From the NCBI RefSeq assembly GCF_018977255.1, contig NW_024704742.1:59770001-59834000 (forward strand): a DNA stretch of 64,000 bases, written 5' to 3'. Below the pieces are notes generated by a model, which was not told the DNA's origin, did not search any database, and was given only the letters and a program-made list of their open reading frames with translations. The translations under genes were made by a program, and so were the position numbers. The stretch comes from Callorhinchus milii (lineage: Eukaryota). Position 1 is the stretch's first letter, and each line of letters begins with the position of its first letter. Below are positions 26,403-38,690 of this stretch, one piece after another.

Positions 26403-27064
26403 ATAACAGCAATGATCAGAAACATCTGAAAACAAAAAAAACTACTTATTTTGCAAAAATCCAAGTGGGAACTGCTTTGATCAGAAGAAATACCTTACTT
26501 ACACCAGCCCAACTCAAGGGAACACCAGTATAAGAATAGACCTGAATCTGTGTTTGTAATTAAGAAATTCAATTAAGAAGGACTGCAACATTTTATCCCA
26601 TTGGTGTCTCATGCCTTTGATTTTTTTTGTGTGTAATAGTATCCTGACAATGTAGCATACATACCCAGTGGCAACTGTAATAAAGGCAACTCATTTTCAG
26701 TTTAAGCAGTGACCTAGAGAATTCACACTGGGAGACAGGGTCATTTATTAAAATACATTTATAAATAACAAAGAAATTAAAAACTGATTATTTAAAACAT
26801 TGCTTGAAGGAAAATGTAAAATCATATTTCAAGGAAACATGTTGGTTACATTCTAAGCATCATTCAAGAAAATTCATGAGGTTAAAGGAAATAAATTACA
26901 TGAGGACAAATGCAAAGGGCCAGTAATGATTCGATCAGATATTACCCTGATATAAGCTCTTTAGAGCTACTGAAGGAAGCAATTGTAATTAATGCAGTTG
27001 ATGGGTGCAATTAGATCACTTATAGCAATGCATGAAATTAAAAATAAATATTTTGAGTGAAGTA

Positions 27065-27422
27065 GTCTTGGCTGACACTCCAATGCACTGCTGGGAAGCA
27101 ATGCATTGTCGGAGGTGGTACCTTTCGGATTAGACATTAAAATCGAGGTCCTGTCTGCTTTTTCATGTTGAAGTTAAATATTCCATGGCACAAATCAAAA
27201 AGAGAAGGAAGTTTATACCATTGTCCTGGTCAATAATTCCCCAAATAAAAATTGTAACTCACTTCAAGGCTGTTTGTGGGATATTGCTATATTCGCCTAC
27301 AAATTACATATTCTTTACACTTCACAATATATCCTGTGAAGCATTTGAGATGACAACCTGAAGTGAAAGTGTCAATCCTGAAGTGAAAGGATACATCAAT
27401 CTATATCATGATTGTTATTATA
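27065..27422 (+). mobile_element. Old Deu-domain SINE
   Basis: GGCTGACACTCCAATGCACTGCTGGG...GGAGGTGG...CCATGGCAC...GCTGTTTGTGGGATATTGCT. Confidence 0.7.
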
Positions 27423-28681
27423 TAAGTATTTCAGTCAGCCACAATGGCCACCTTTAGCTAGAAACTGTGCCAAATGGTTGATTTGCATCTTTTGTTACTT
27501 TTGCTGAAATTTGAGTCAAGGCAGTTGGGATACCAGGAAATTTCATTGCTGTTAACAATGCTCATGTAAAAGTGGGTAATTGCCTGCATTTACCCCCAAA
27601 AGAATTAATGAGATTTAAATGCATTTTCATGTTTCTTTATCACCGAAAATTAAGAAAGTTAGAGCAATTCAATGGGACCTTAGATGGACTCAGGCAAATT
27701 AAAGGAGCTTACTGCGTGGAATTAAAGGCTGCCCTTTGTTAATGAGTCTGACTTATATTTCAGTGATGGTAACTGAATTAACATTGCGTGTAAAAGCCCA
27801 TTAAGTGTAAGTAATGCATTAGGGAGTGCTTTTAATAAATATTATTAAAAATCAAACCCTGGCAGAAAATCAGAATCCAGAGTGAAATTTGCCCAACAAA
27901 GTAAATAGATTTTTTAAAAAATGCAGAAGGCAAGAATGAGCAATTTAAAAAACTCAAAAATGTGACAGATGGGTAATCACAGGAAGATGAGGGTAATGTA
28001 GTGCTACAATGTTTAAAATCTAAATCATGTAAGAAACTCAGTTCATTTTTTTAGAAAATGAATAAGAATAATAACCCTTGCAAGACATCTCATAGTGCTT
28101 CACAGGATTTACTGTAACATGATGTGGCTCTGGATATTTTGTGGGTGATTGTATAAGAATTGGTGCACATTGCACAGTTAAAGTAAAACTGGAAATCCAG
28201 AATGGTTTCCTGTAAGCATACAGGCATAGGGAGAGATCATTCTGACTGTTGTGCTTGTTGTATAAGTTTATCAGGTCATGGTAAATCTTGTGAGCCATAT
28301 CCCTTAAAACCTTTCTTTCACACAAAATTACACAGAATGTTAAAGGCCACTGAGCCCAGCTTATCTGTCCTATGTTGATGCTCCACACAAGCCTCCATCC
28401 CCATTTCATTACCTATCCTTTACACCTTCATTCCGTTCTCCCTCAAACCTGATTCAACAATCCTCTTAAATACACTGACACTTTTTGCTTCAACCACAGT
28501 ATCCGGCCACCACCCTTTACTTAGACATTCCTCTACAGTTATCCTTTTAAATCTGCCACTGGCTACCTTGTATTTACATCTCCTTGTTTGGAACTCAACA
28601 ACAAGTGGAAACCATCTACGACCATACCTTATTGAATCCTTTCATAATTTTAAACACTTCTATCAGATACTTATCAATTAC

Positions 28682-28825
<144 letters not shown>

Positions 28826-30099
28826 TAAACATTTCATTTGATCCATGACTTACTGGAGCAATATAAAATGAAGTTCTACTTTAGCTGAAGCATCTCCAAT
28901 GGTCAAATTAACATTTGTTTTCCCAAATTCTAACACCTCTTGGTAATAGATATGCACAGCAGATATTCTATGTGATAGTTATCACATTCGAACATTGCAT
29001 TTATCATCTTGTTGATTTATTCATTGCGAGTTGGAGATGGGAAGAACAAAATGGCTTTGTTTAAAATAAATTATACCTTGGTAGCTGAAAATAATTTCCG
29101 GCAATAATTATTTTGTGCCAGAAACTAAATTCACAAACAAAGATTAGACAGTCGTGCATTCTTTCTAAATAATAGCAGCACCACTAAATTACAAAACTAA
29201 TTGAAACAGCTTTGTAGAGCGGTTTTAATCACAGTGATACAAATTTCAATCTTTTGAATTTGTGTGAGGTGCAATTAGCTTAGTGAAAGCAGGGCAAATT
29301 GACACTTAGAAAAATTGTGTTGCAAGTATGATACGTTCATGTCTTTGGAGCCTTAAATGGGAAACAATTAGCAGAACTAATTACCTCTTGGGAACTGGCT
29401 CTGCAAGCCATTTGTGGACATATGGAATATGTTTCCTTACTGTTAATTACAAGTTCCCTTTATAATCATACACCCTGATGTTTTGGCCTTCAGGGATATA
29501 GACATATCACCTACAGTAAGGATGGACATAGTGTAAATGAATTGTTAGATCTGTAGGCTTTCTGAAATAGGTTAATTTGAAATTGTGTTAACTGTCTCTG
29601 ATGTTTTCGAGTATCACTGCTGAGTGCCTTTACATCATGGTGTTACTACTGTTTTAGACATTATGTCTGATGATTCAACATTACTAAAACATTTGAATGT
29701 GAATTGAAGATTATCAGTGTAAATCAACCAGAAGAAATTCAGTCTTACAATTGAATGATTTTCTGGATCCAGTCTGGTAAGGTACTTGCCTGACTATTTT
29801 AAATGTCAGTATCTGCAGAAATCTAACCTGTGAAATGCTATACATTTGGGACAAGTTGCGCATTCTCAAACAATAACATCTTGCATTTATACAATCTCGC
29901 TTCCAATTTAAGGTGATGTAACCTTGTAGAATACTATTTTAAATGTACCCATTGTACTTTCCAAACTCTGTCTCACTCAGCTCCCCTCCAGTAATGAGCA
30001 ATAAATTTGCCAGTCATTGTTTTCAATGGCAAACTATCTTAGGTGGTTAATCTCCATCAGTGTCCTCTGCAGTACCTAAGCTTTTGCTAACCTGTGCTG

Positions 30100-30340
30100 A
30101 AAACTTTGAAATTAGGTAAGTGGAACGGATCCTTCCAGGGAGAGAGTGCACAACCGATTGCAAACATGGGGATTTTCATGTGTTGGTAACCTATATGGAA
30201 CTCCGAGTCTGGATAGGATACATTAAAGCATGCAATCGGTTTCACATGTATCAGACACCCAGTTGACCAAACATTTTGTTTTATAAAAGCAAATACACTT
30301 GGTTTTTTTTTCAAGTAGCTGAGCAACACAGCCCTGTTCA
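30100..30340 (-). mobile_element. Ancient RTE-like LINE fragment
   Basis: CCTTCCAGGGAGAGAGTGCACA and CATGTATCAGACACCCAGTTGACCAA are the reverse complement of the family blocks; minus frame GCLIHVK...FHIG...IGCALS. Confidence 0.45.
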
Positions 30341-31043
30341 CTTGTTAAATACCGCAAATTAGTTATCTACTCTTTCGTATCTGATAGATCACCATGCATT
30401 TCAACTCTCAACTTTCCTTTAAACTTTTCATCCGACCAAGCCTTCTTCCTTCCATCTCGTCACCCTGAATGCAGCCAAAAGCCTCAGATGTACTTTTCCC
30501 CATCTCCCCCTGCTCTCCCCCAATGCAAAAAGTTTAAAAATAGAAAGAGAGATGAAATAAGACCAACATGAGCAGTTTCTGTGACAAAGAAAGACCTGGT
30601 CAGAGGCTGGCATGAGAATACAGTATAAATATGGTGAACATAATACATTGTTAGGAGAGCAAGGCTGTCACTGAAGAAGAAAATCATCCATCAACACATA
30701 ATTGACACCCACTAAGACGTCATCATCTCTCCTGCAGGATGTATTTGATTAACCTTGTATCCAACCTACGTGTCACGGTAATATGTCTGGTATAAAAGCG
30801 TATTGATGCTACTTTAATTGAATAAAGTATTAACATCATTTTGAGAATCTGCTGGTCAGTTTTGTGTATTGCATTGTGAGAAGCTCAAAGACTTATAATC
30901 TTTGTGAAGTTCTCCCCAGGGGAAATGTGGTTTATCAGTTTAAATTCTTCATATTGCTGCACTGTAAAAGTAACACTTTTTTAAAAAAAAATTCTGAATG
31001 ACATATTACTGATATATCATTCTTCAGTGAGCTGCAGTTTGTG

Positions 31044-31257
31044 AGTTTCCTCCTTCAAGGCCGGTCTCAAGACCTTTCTCTTTGACCGTGCCTTCAGCTC
31101 CCCTCTCGACTCTCTACCCCCTCCTCGCTCCCTCCCTTCCCTCCCCTCACCCTGACCATTTCCCCCCTGCTCGGGTCCTGACCCAACTGTACAGTGCCTT
31201 GGGACGTCCTCCCGACGTGAAAGGCACTCTATAAATGGAATCTTGTTGTTGTTGTTG
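31044..31257 (+). mobile_element. Young L2 3' end
   Basis: Near-identical to 6900-7111 (SSFKAGLKTFLFDRAF, then the tail and (TTG)n). Confidence 0.95.
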
Positions 31258-33064
31258 GGACAGAGTTTACAGCAGATATAATTTGTGTGGCTTACAGAAC
31301 AGGGTGGATTTGGGCCAAATTGCCTTTTCTCATTCTGTACCTTATCCTTTCTGAATGCTTCATATACTATTTCCATCTTGTTGTTCAAGACTACATCAAA
31401 TGTATGAATCAAAGACATAGATACCATCTAGATGAACCAAAAGCCCATCTACATGCAGCTTGGGAAATATTATTTCTTGTAAACACCATTTGTCATGTGG
31501 GTCATACAAGCACAAAACCTCAGCGCTTAACCCAATCTTTGAACAGATAACACTGTTGCCTTGCCAAGCTGTCCTGCACCCCTTCGTTTATCAAGTACCA
31601 GCTGTACCCATTGCAGCCAATCTTTCATTCAAAGGATCCAATATGCAATGTAGATTGACACACTGACAGACACACATTTCATCTTTATCTATACTCAGCT
31701 AAGAGGACTTCTGGGGAAGGACTCCTTTTGGGAGGACTCAGTGGGAGCATTTGGCACTTTAAAAATAAAATATATACGGTGTTCTGTGATGCATGATGTC
31801 ACAGCACTACTTCGACTTGGCAGCCACCAGGTGTAATTGCAGTCAAAAATGAAAAACTAAAAATAACTCATGAACAATAGAAGATGCCCAAAACCAAATA
31901 AGCCAATGTCACTCCCAGTTGTAAGAGCTTTTCTTGAAGCCCAGACTGACGTTGTTTTATTTATAATAGATAGAAAATAGATAGATTCAGATATCCGTCA
32001 CATAGAATCATAACATTATTACACATTGAAGCAACACTGGCCCATTTGTCTTATATTTTGGATAATAGGGAGGAACCAAAAGACTGCCCTTGGTGTGATC
32101 AAATAGATAGATTTTCAGGTAGGATTTAAAGATAGACAAATAAGGAGGAGGTGAGACAGAGGAGTGGAGTTCCAGAAATAGGGGTGTAAATAGGAACAAC
32201 ACGTTTTGTCTCTTAACCTCCTTCAACTTATTCTTTTTCCATTCTACCTGTAGATTTTTATTAGAGGAAGGCAATCATATATTAAGATAATCACATGCGT
32301 AATATATTCACTTTCAAGTGAATGTTTTTGTAAGTATATGTATTTTTTCTACAACTCGTAAATTATTCTGAATAAAAAAAGGACAGAGAAATTACAGCAA
32401 TCCAGATGGACATAAGCTCATTTTATTGGTACCTATTTGCTCTGTTTGCCTACAAGTTGAATTCCGGAAATTATACTGTTGAACAAAAGTTAATTTTCTC
32501 GGTGACTATTTATGGATATGGCATCTGAGCCGTGATTGGTGGAAAACAAATGACTCCATCTATTTCAATGCCACAGCAAATGTCAAACAACTTGATATTT
32601 ACATCAAGAGGTGTTTACACCTTTAATAGTACACTGTCAAGTTGTCTACTGTGACATGCTCCGTGTTATTAATTGGCAACCATTACTCTCATCATTGACA
32701 AGTGTAAGAGAAAAGTGATCGAATGTGAGATCATAACTCTTCAGTATTTGCTCGTCAGCAATTTGCTGTTTGAATTTGCACTGACTAGTGATTATGCAAT
32801 GTCCTAATTCCAGTGAGATTGGTAAATGAACACGCAAATGAAGCAGCTTGAATTTCGTCCAGCTCTGCTCCCTGATGGCCTCTTATGTTATTGGCTAGTC
32901 AAACGCCTTTCTCAAGAGCTTTAAATGAACCATTTTTAATGTTATTAAAAAGCTGACAATTCACAAGCTCTTTAATGCATTAAAAAACAACATCTGATTA
33001 TCACTTGAAGGTTTTATGTCATAAAATCCACCAACCAAGGACTAAAGCAGTCAGAAGTTTGTAT

Positions 33065-33210
33065 CAGCCTAGCTCAGTTAATAGTATTTTCATCTCCGAG
33101 TTCGAAGAGTTGTAGATTCAAGCCCTATATTGGGACTCTGAACTCACAGTATAAGGAAATACTCCAATGCAATGCTGGAGAGCACTGCTTTGTTGGAAGC
33201 GGCAGCCTTT
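33065..33210 (+). mobile_element. Old Deu-domain SINE head
   Basis: TAGCTCAGTT A-box-like, GATTCAAGCCC B-box-like, ACTCCAATGCAATGCTGG. Confidence 0.55.
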
Positions 33211-33295
33211 GGAGCCAAAGGAATGTGTCATGTATGTGCAGGAGTGAATTTAGCCTACAGAATCAGTCAATTGAAACTTCTGGAAACTGCAATGA

Positions 33296-34100
33296 AACAA
33301 CAACAAAATTACATTTATAGAGAGCCTTTCACGTTGGGAGGACGTCCCAAAGCGCTGAACAGTCAGATGCCGGGGTTCAAGCATGGGGAGGGGTGGTGTA
33401 GGGATGAGGGAAGGCAAAGAGGTGGGAGGGAGACTAAAGGCACGGTCGAAGAGAAGGGACTTGAGACCGGCCTTGAAGGATGCAAGGGAGGAAGCGATGT
33501 GGAGGGACCGTGGGATGGAGTTCCAGAGTGTAGGGCAGAGAGGCTGAAAGTCCGGCCACCGATGGTAGGGCGGGTCGGTGGGAGACATGGAGCAGGCCAG
33601 AGCCTGATGAACAGAGGGAGCGGGCAGGTTGGTAGGGAGTCAGCAGGTCAGAAAGGTAGGAGGGTGCAGGCCATGGATGGCCTTAAAGCTGAGGACGAGG
33701 ATCTTGAACTCGATCCTCTGGGGGATGGGGAGCCAGTGGAGTCGGGCGAGGGTGGGAGTGATGGGGTCATGGAGCCTGGTGCGTGAGAGTACATGAACTG
33801 CAGAGTTTTGGATGATCTGCAGCTTGTGAAGGGAAGAGTTGGAAAAGCCGATGAGGAGGGAGTTCCCATAATCAAACCTTGAGGTGACGAATGCATGGGT
33901 GAGAGTTTCGGCAGCCTGAGGGGTGAGGCAGTGGCAGAGTCTGGCAATGTTGTGGAGGTGTTGGTAGGCAGTGCCGGTCATGGCGCGGACATGGGGGAGA
34001 AAGGACAGTTCAGGGTCAAACAAGACATCCAGGTTCCTGACTGGCTTAGTGAGCGTGAGTGTGCAGCCATGGAGGCTGAAGCTGCCAGCAACTGAGGTGC
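33296..34100 (-). mobile_element. L2 LINE, 5'-truncated
   Basis: ORF 33640-34023 FDPELSF...SRFDYGNSLL...IQNSA...LHWLPIPQRIEFKIL; tail at 33296-33365. Confidence 0.95.
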
Positions 34101-34424
34101 CGACTACAGCTGGAAAGCCCGTAGTAGCATTGAAAAAAATGATTCTTTACTGTTGTCAAGGTGACAAATCATGGAGAACAGTTTTAACATCATGTTGTTG
34201 CGAGATGCAGTATCAGATTGCTTCCTGCAAAATAGAGGAAATATCATATACCTTCATCGGAGGTTACATCACAAAAACAGATCATTCAGCCCATCAGTTC
34301 TGTGACGTTGTTTTTCACCATAGAAACCAACTGGTCTGCCCCCACTCGTCTTCTCACTCCCCACATTCTTTTTCAAGCATATATTCAATTCCTTTTGAAA
34401 CAAATGCATTCGACTGAAAAACAC

Positions 34425-34682
34425 TTGAGTGGTATTAACCTTTTTAACCCCTGCACTACCACCAGCAACCGTGCTTTCAGCCACTGTGCCCCAAAACTCT
34501 GGAACTATCTGCCTCAATCCCTCTACCTTTCCCATTCCTTTGCATCTGAACACTTTCCTCTTTGACCGTGCCTACAGTCACCTTCCCTCTCTCTGTCGCT
34601 TGGGTTCAAACTTCGCCCCTGTTAAGCACTCTGAGATACTATCCCATGTGAAGGGTACTACATAAATGTAAATTGTCATTGA
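34425..34682 (+). mobile_element. Older L2 3' fragment
   Basis: NRAFSHCAPKLWNYLP and FLFDRAY frames plus tail. Confidence 0.75.
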
Positions 34683-35189
34683 AGCAACAATATTATCAGT
34701 ATTCATTTTTTTACTTTTGACTGTGTATTTTCCTGTATACAAGGAATAAATAGGTTTAACCATTGACAATTGCTAAACTCTGCCACTCTAAATATTCCTG
34801 TGCCCTAAATAACTAAGTACAACTTCTGAAGTTTATCTTTCAGGTGTACAGCTAAGCATACCTACTGATATAAAATGCCAAGTGTTGCTAGCACACCCTT
34901 AAACTAACATGGTCAAGTTGAGTACCTAAAATACACTTGCAACTAAATGAGAATTAATGATAATATTCATAAATACAAAACTTTGGAAAAGTACTTGGAA
35001 AAATAATTGTCAATTTATGCCAATGCATGCAAATTGCGTGCACATTAGTCAAAATCTCTTGAAGGCATGAAGATGGCTGATTTATAAATAAAATATAAAT
35101 CATCTGCAGCATGGAAGGGAGGCAGATAATCCAGAAGAACCAGGTGTCATTAGTCATGATGCTCTCACATGCCAGGGTCATGAGGATAC

Positions 35190-36200
35190 ATCTTAGAAAC
35201 AGGAGTAGGGCATTCAGCCCCTCGAGCCTGTTCAGCCATTTTATCAGATCATATCTGATTTGTAACTCAACTCCAATTACCTGCCCTAGCCCCGTATCCC
35301 TTAATACCCTGACCTAACAAATATCTATTCACCTACGTTTTAAAATGTGATTGGATCCAACATCTACAACCTTTGGGGTAGAGGGTTCCAACTATCCACC
35401 ACCTTTGGGTGAAAAACTGCCTCTTAATTCCACTCATAAATGGCCTAGCTCTAATTTTAAGATTATGCCCCCTTGTTCTTGATCCCCTCACCAGAGGAAA
35501 TAGTTTCTCTGTATCTACAACAAGATTACATTTGTATAGCACCTTTCACGTTGGGAGGACATCCCAAGGCGCTGAATCTACCCTATCAAATCCCTTTATT
35601 ATTTTAAAAACCTCAAGCAGATGACCCCTCAACCTTCTAAACTCAAGGGAATACAGACCAAATTTATGCAACCTGTCCTCATAAGATAACCCTTTAAGCC
35701 CTGGTATCATTCTGGTGAATCTGCGCTGCACCCCCTCCAGAGCCAATATAGCCTTCCTGAGGTGTGGTGCCCAAACCTGAACGCAGTACTCCAGATGGGG
35801 TCTGACCAAGGCTCTATACAGTTGAAGCATCATTTTCTCTTTTTTATATTCCAACCCCTTGCGATAAAGGCCAACAGCTCATTAGCCTTTTTTGCTAACT
35901 TTTTGTACCTGTGAGCTTGTTTTTAAGTGATTTGTGTACGTGGACACCCACATCCCTTTGTTCCTCCACAATTCTAGTTTCTCACCATTTAGAAAATATT
36001 CTGTTTTGCTGTTTTTGGATCCATAGTGGGTGGCCTCATACTTCCACATTGAATTCCACCTGCCACAGTTTTTCCCATTCATTTAACTTATCAAAGTTTC
36101 TTTCCTGCTCCCATCTACACAATTGATTGTGCCTCCTAATTTTGTGTTATCTGGAAATTTCAATATAAAATTCTCTATGCCGTCATCCAAGTCATATATG
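35190..36200 (-). mobile_element. CR1 LINE, 3' part
   Basis: ORF 35546-35854 LYRALVRPHLEYCVQVWAPHL...QRRFTRMIPGL; SRTRGHNLKI...FFTQR; DLDDGIENFILKF. Confidence 0.92.
35519..35575 (-). mobile_element. 57-bp L2 tail-only insertion with ATCTAC target-site duplication inside CR1
   Basis: ATCTAC at 35513-35518 and 35576-35581 flanks the reverse complement of the L2 tail. Confidence 0.85.
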
Positions 36201-36217
36201 TATATAAAATATATTAT

Positions 36218-36430
36218 ATATATGGACTTCCCGAAGCCATTTGATAGGTTTCCACACAAAAGGTTATTAGTAAAAATGAAAGAGAATGGAATCGAAGGTA
36301 ACCTTGCGACAAAGCTTGGTAATTGGTTGGAATGCAGGAAACAGATAGGAGGGATAAAAGGAACATTCTCTAATTGGCGGAACGTGACAAGTAGTGTTCC
36401 CCAGGTCTGTGCTGGGGCCACAGCTTTTCT
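36218..36430 (+). mobile_element. CR1 RT fragment, inverted relative to its flanks
   Basis: YMDFPKPFDRFPHKRLLVKM..GIEG...WL...VTSSVPQ and SVLGPQLF. Confidence 0.85.
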
Positions 36431-36544
36431 CTCTCTCTCTCTATATATATATATTATATACACACACACACATATACACGCACATTATATATATATGTAT
36501 ATATACACACTATATATATATATACATATACACACACACACACA
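36428..36544. repeat. Compound (CT)n/(TA)n/(CA)n microsatellite
   Basis: Read directly from the sequence. Confidence 0.95.
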
Positions 36545-36546
36545 AT

Positions 36547-36752
36547 CAGAGAACATTCCTTTTATCCGTCCTCTCCATTTCCTGCCTCCCAACCAATTAC
36601 CAAGCTACATCGCAAGGCTACCTCTGATTCCATGCACTTTTTGTGGAACTTTATCAAATGTCTTCTGGAAGTCCATGCTGACAACATCCATAGATATTCT
36701 CTTATCCACCATGTTAGTGACCTCCTCAAAAAATTCAGTTAGATTTGTCAGA
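36547..36752 (-). mobile_element. CR1 RT fragment
   Basis: Reverse complement reads CLTNLTEFFEEVT..VD...MDV..MDFQKTFDKVP. Confidence 0.85.
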
Positions 36753-36757
36753 CATGT

Positions 36758-38006
36758 ATTTGCAAATGTTACTCTCCTGTATAAAAAGGGGCAGAAGGCC
36801 TAACATCAGTAGGGAAACTTCCAGAGACTATAAGCCGGGACAAAATAAATTTACACTTAGAAAAAATATGGTTAACAGAGGACAGCCAGCATGGATTTGT
36901 GGAAGGCAAATCATGTCTGACAAACATGATAAAGTTTTTTGTTAAAGTAACTGAGATGGTGGATGACGGTAGCTCAGTTGATGTAGTTTATATGGATTTT
37001 CAAAAGGCATTTGATAAAGTGCCACATAAGAGACTTGTAAGCAAGTAAGAGACTTGTAAAGGACCACTGCTGTTTTTGATCTGTATAAATGACCTGGACT
37101 TGGGTATAGGGAGTACAATTTCCAAGCTTGCAGATGAGGAGAATAGTAACAGACTGCAATGGACATAGACAGACTGGTAAAATGGGCGGACACATTGCGG
37201 ATGAAGTTTAATGTGGAGAAATGCGAACTGATGCATTTTGGGAGGAAGAATGAGGAGAGGCAATATAAGCTGATGGTACAACCTTAAAAGGGGTGAAGGA
37301 ACAGAGAGACCTGGGGGTTCATATAAGTAAATCTTTGAAGGTGGCAGGACAGGTAGACAAAGCTGTTTAAAAAAAATGTGATACTAGGCTTTATAAATAG
37401 GAGCATAGAATACAAAAGTCAAGAAATTATGATGAACCTTTATAAAACATTGGTTAGACCTCAGCTAGAGACTGTGTTCAGCTCTGGTACCACACTTTAG
37501 GAAGGATGTCAAGGCATTGGAGAGGGTGCAAATGAGATTTACCAGGATGGTACCAGGAATGAGGGACTTCAGTTATCAGGGAGCCTAGAGAAGCTAGGGT
37601 TATTCTCCTGGGAGCAGAGAAGGTTAAGAGGAGACTGAATAGAAGTTTTCAACATTATGAGGGGATTTGATAGGGTGAACAAGAAGAACGTATTTCCACT
37701 GGCGTGTCGGTCGGTAAACTGAGGACACCAATTTAAAATAGTTGTTAAAAGATACAGAGGGAAGGAGAATTTTTTCACACAGCAAGTTGTTCAGATCTGG
37801 AATGCATTGCCTGAAAGGGTGGTGGAAGCCGATTCGATAATAATTTTTGAGAGAGAAATATATAATTATTTGGGGAGGAAAAGTTTGCAGGGCTATGGGG
37901 AGAGTGCAGCGGAGTGGGATTGAATTGGATAGCTCTTTTCAAAGAGCCGGCACAGACACAATGGGCGAATGGCCTCCTTCTGTGCTGTATAATTCTATGA
38001 TTCTAT
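36758..38006 (+). mobile_element. CR1 LINE with internal deletions and complete 3' end
   Basis: QHGFV, VDVVYMDFQKAFDKVPHKRL, INDLD, MKFNVEKC, DLGV, LYKTLVRPQLE; ends GGCCTCCTTCTGTGCTGTATAATTCTATGATTCTAT. Confidence 0.92.
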
Positions 38007-38019
38007 AACCTACCCACCA

Positions 38020-38210
38020 CAAATCCATGCTGACTATCTATGATTATCTCATACTTGTCCAAGTGCTCAGTTACTCTATCCTTGATGAGGGATTCTAGTA
38101 ACTTTCCCACAAGTTAAGCTGACAGGTCTGTAGTTATCTGGTTTCTCTCTCCCTCACTTAAATAATGAAGTGACATTTCCAAGTCTCCAATCCAAGGACA
38201 TAATTCCCAA
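38020..38210 (-). mobile_element. CR1 upstream RT fragment
   Basis: Reverse complement NYRPVSLT...LLESLIKDRVTEHLDKY..I.DSQHGF. Confidence 0.75.
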
Positions 38211-38289
38211 ATATAGATTGCATTGGATGAGGTTTCTATCATTGAATCATTTGTGATAAAACAAAATAACCAAACCCTTTCATTGCCTG

Positions 38290-38690
38290 CAGTTCAATCA
38301 CTGGGGGCAGGGAATCATCTCACTCAGCTTCTGTTATCCCTGCAAACCAAAGCTCTAATGGGAAGGGTGATCCTAGCTGGACAAACAGTGGGGAAAACTT
38401 GCAAGACAATGATGTCAATGGCAAGCTATGGTATTTTAGAAGGTCACACTCCAGCAGCACTGCATTACACACTCTGGAGTCCCCAAGACTTTGTTCTTGC
38501 TAACCTGCACCAATACTTTCTGGAAATAGTTGAGCAGAATGCATACCTCCAGGTCATGTTCCATATTCCAAAAATCATATTCCATGTACAGGTGGGAAGC
38601 AAGACATTTTAGTTTGGTTTGGACCTGATAAGCAAATTGATGGATTTCCACATGTGTCAGATACCTGCCTTACTAAAACAAAAAGGGCTT
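38290..38690 (-). mobile_element. Ancient RTE-like LINE fragment
   Basis: CACTGGGGGCAGGGAATCATCTCACTCAGCTTCTGTTATCC...CCAAAGCTCTAATGGG is the reverse complement of 63390-63460. Confidence 0.55.

Noticed and set aside
26503..26541. 39-nt minus-strand exon candidate (VYSYTGVPLSWAG)
   Set aside because: Good donor, but the acceptor has no pyrimidine tract.
33172..33786. 204-aa plus-strand ORF
   Set aside because: Antisense reading of a GC-rich L2 3' region.
36123..36803. 226-aa ORF
   Set aside because: Chimera of CR1 fragments in both orientations and a microsatellite; not a gene.
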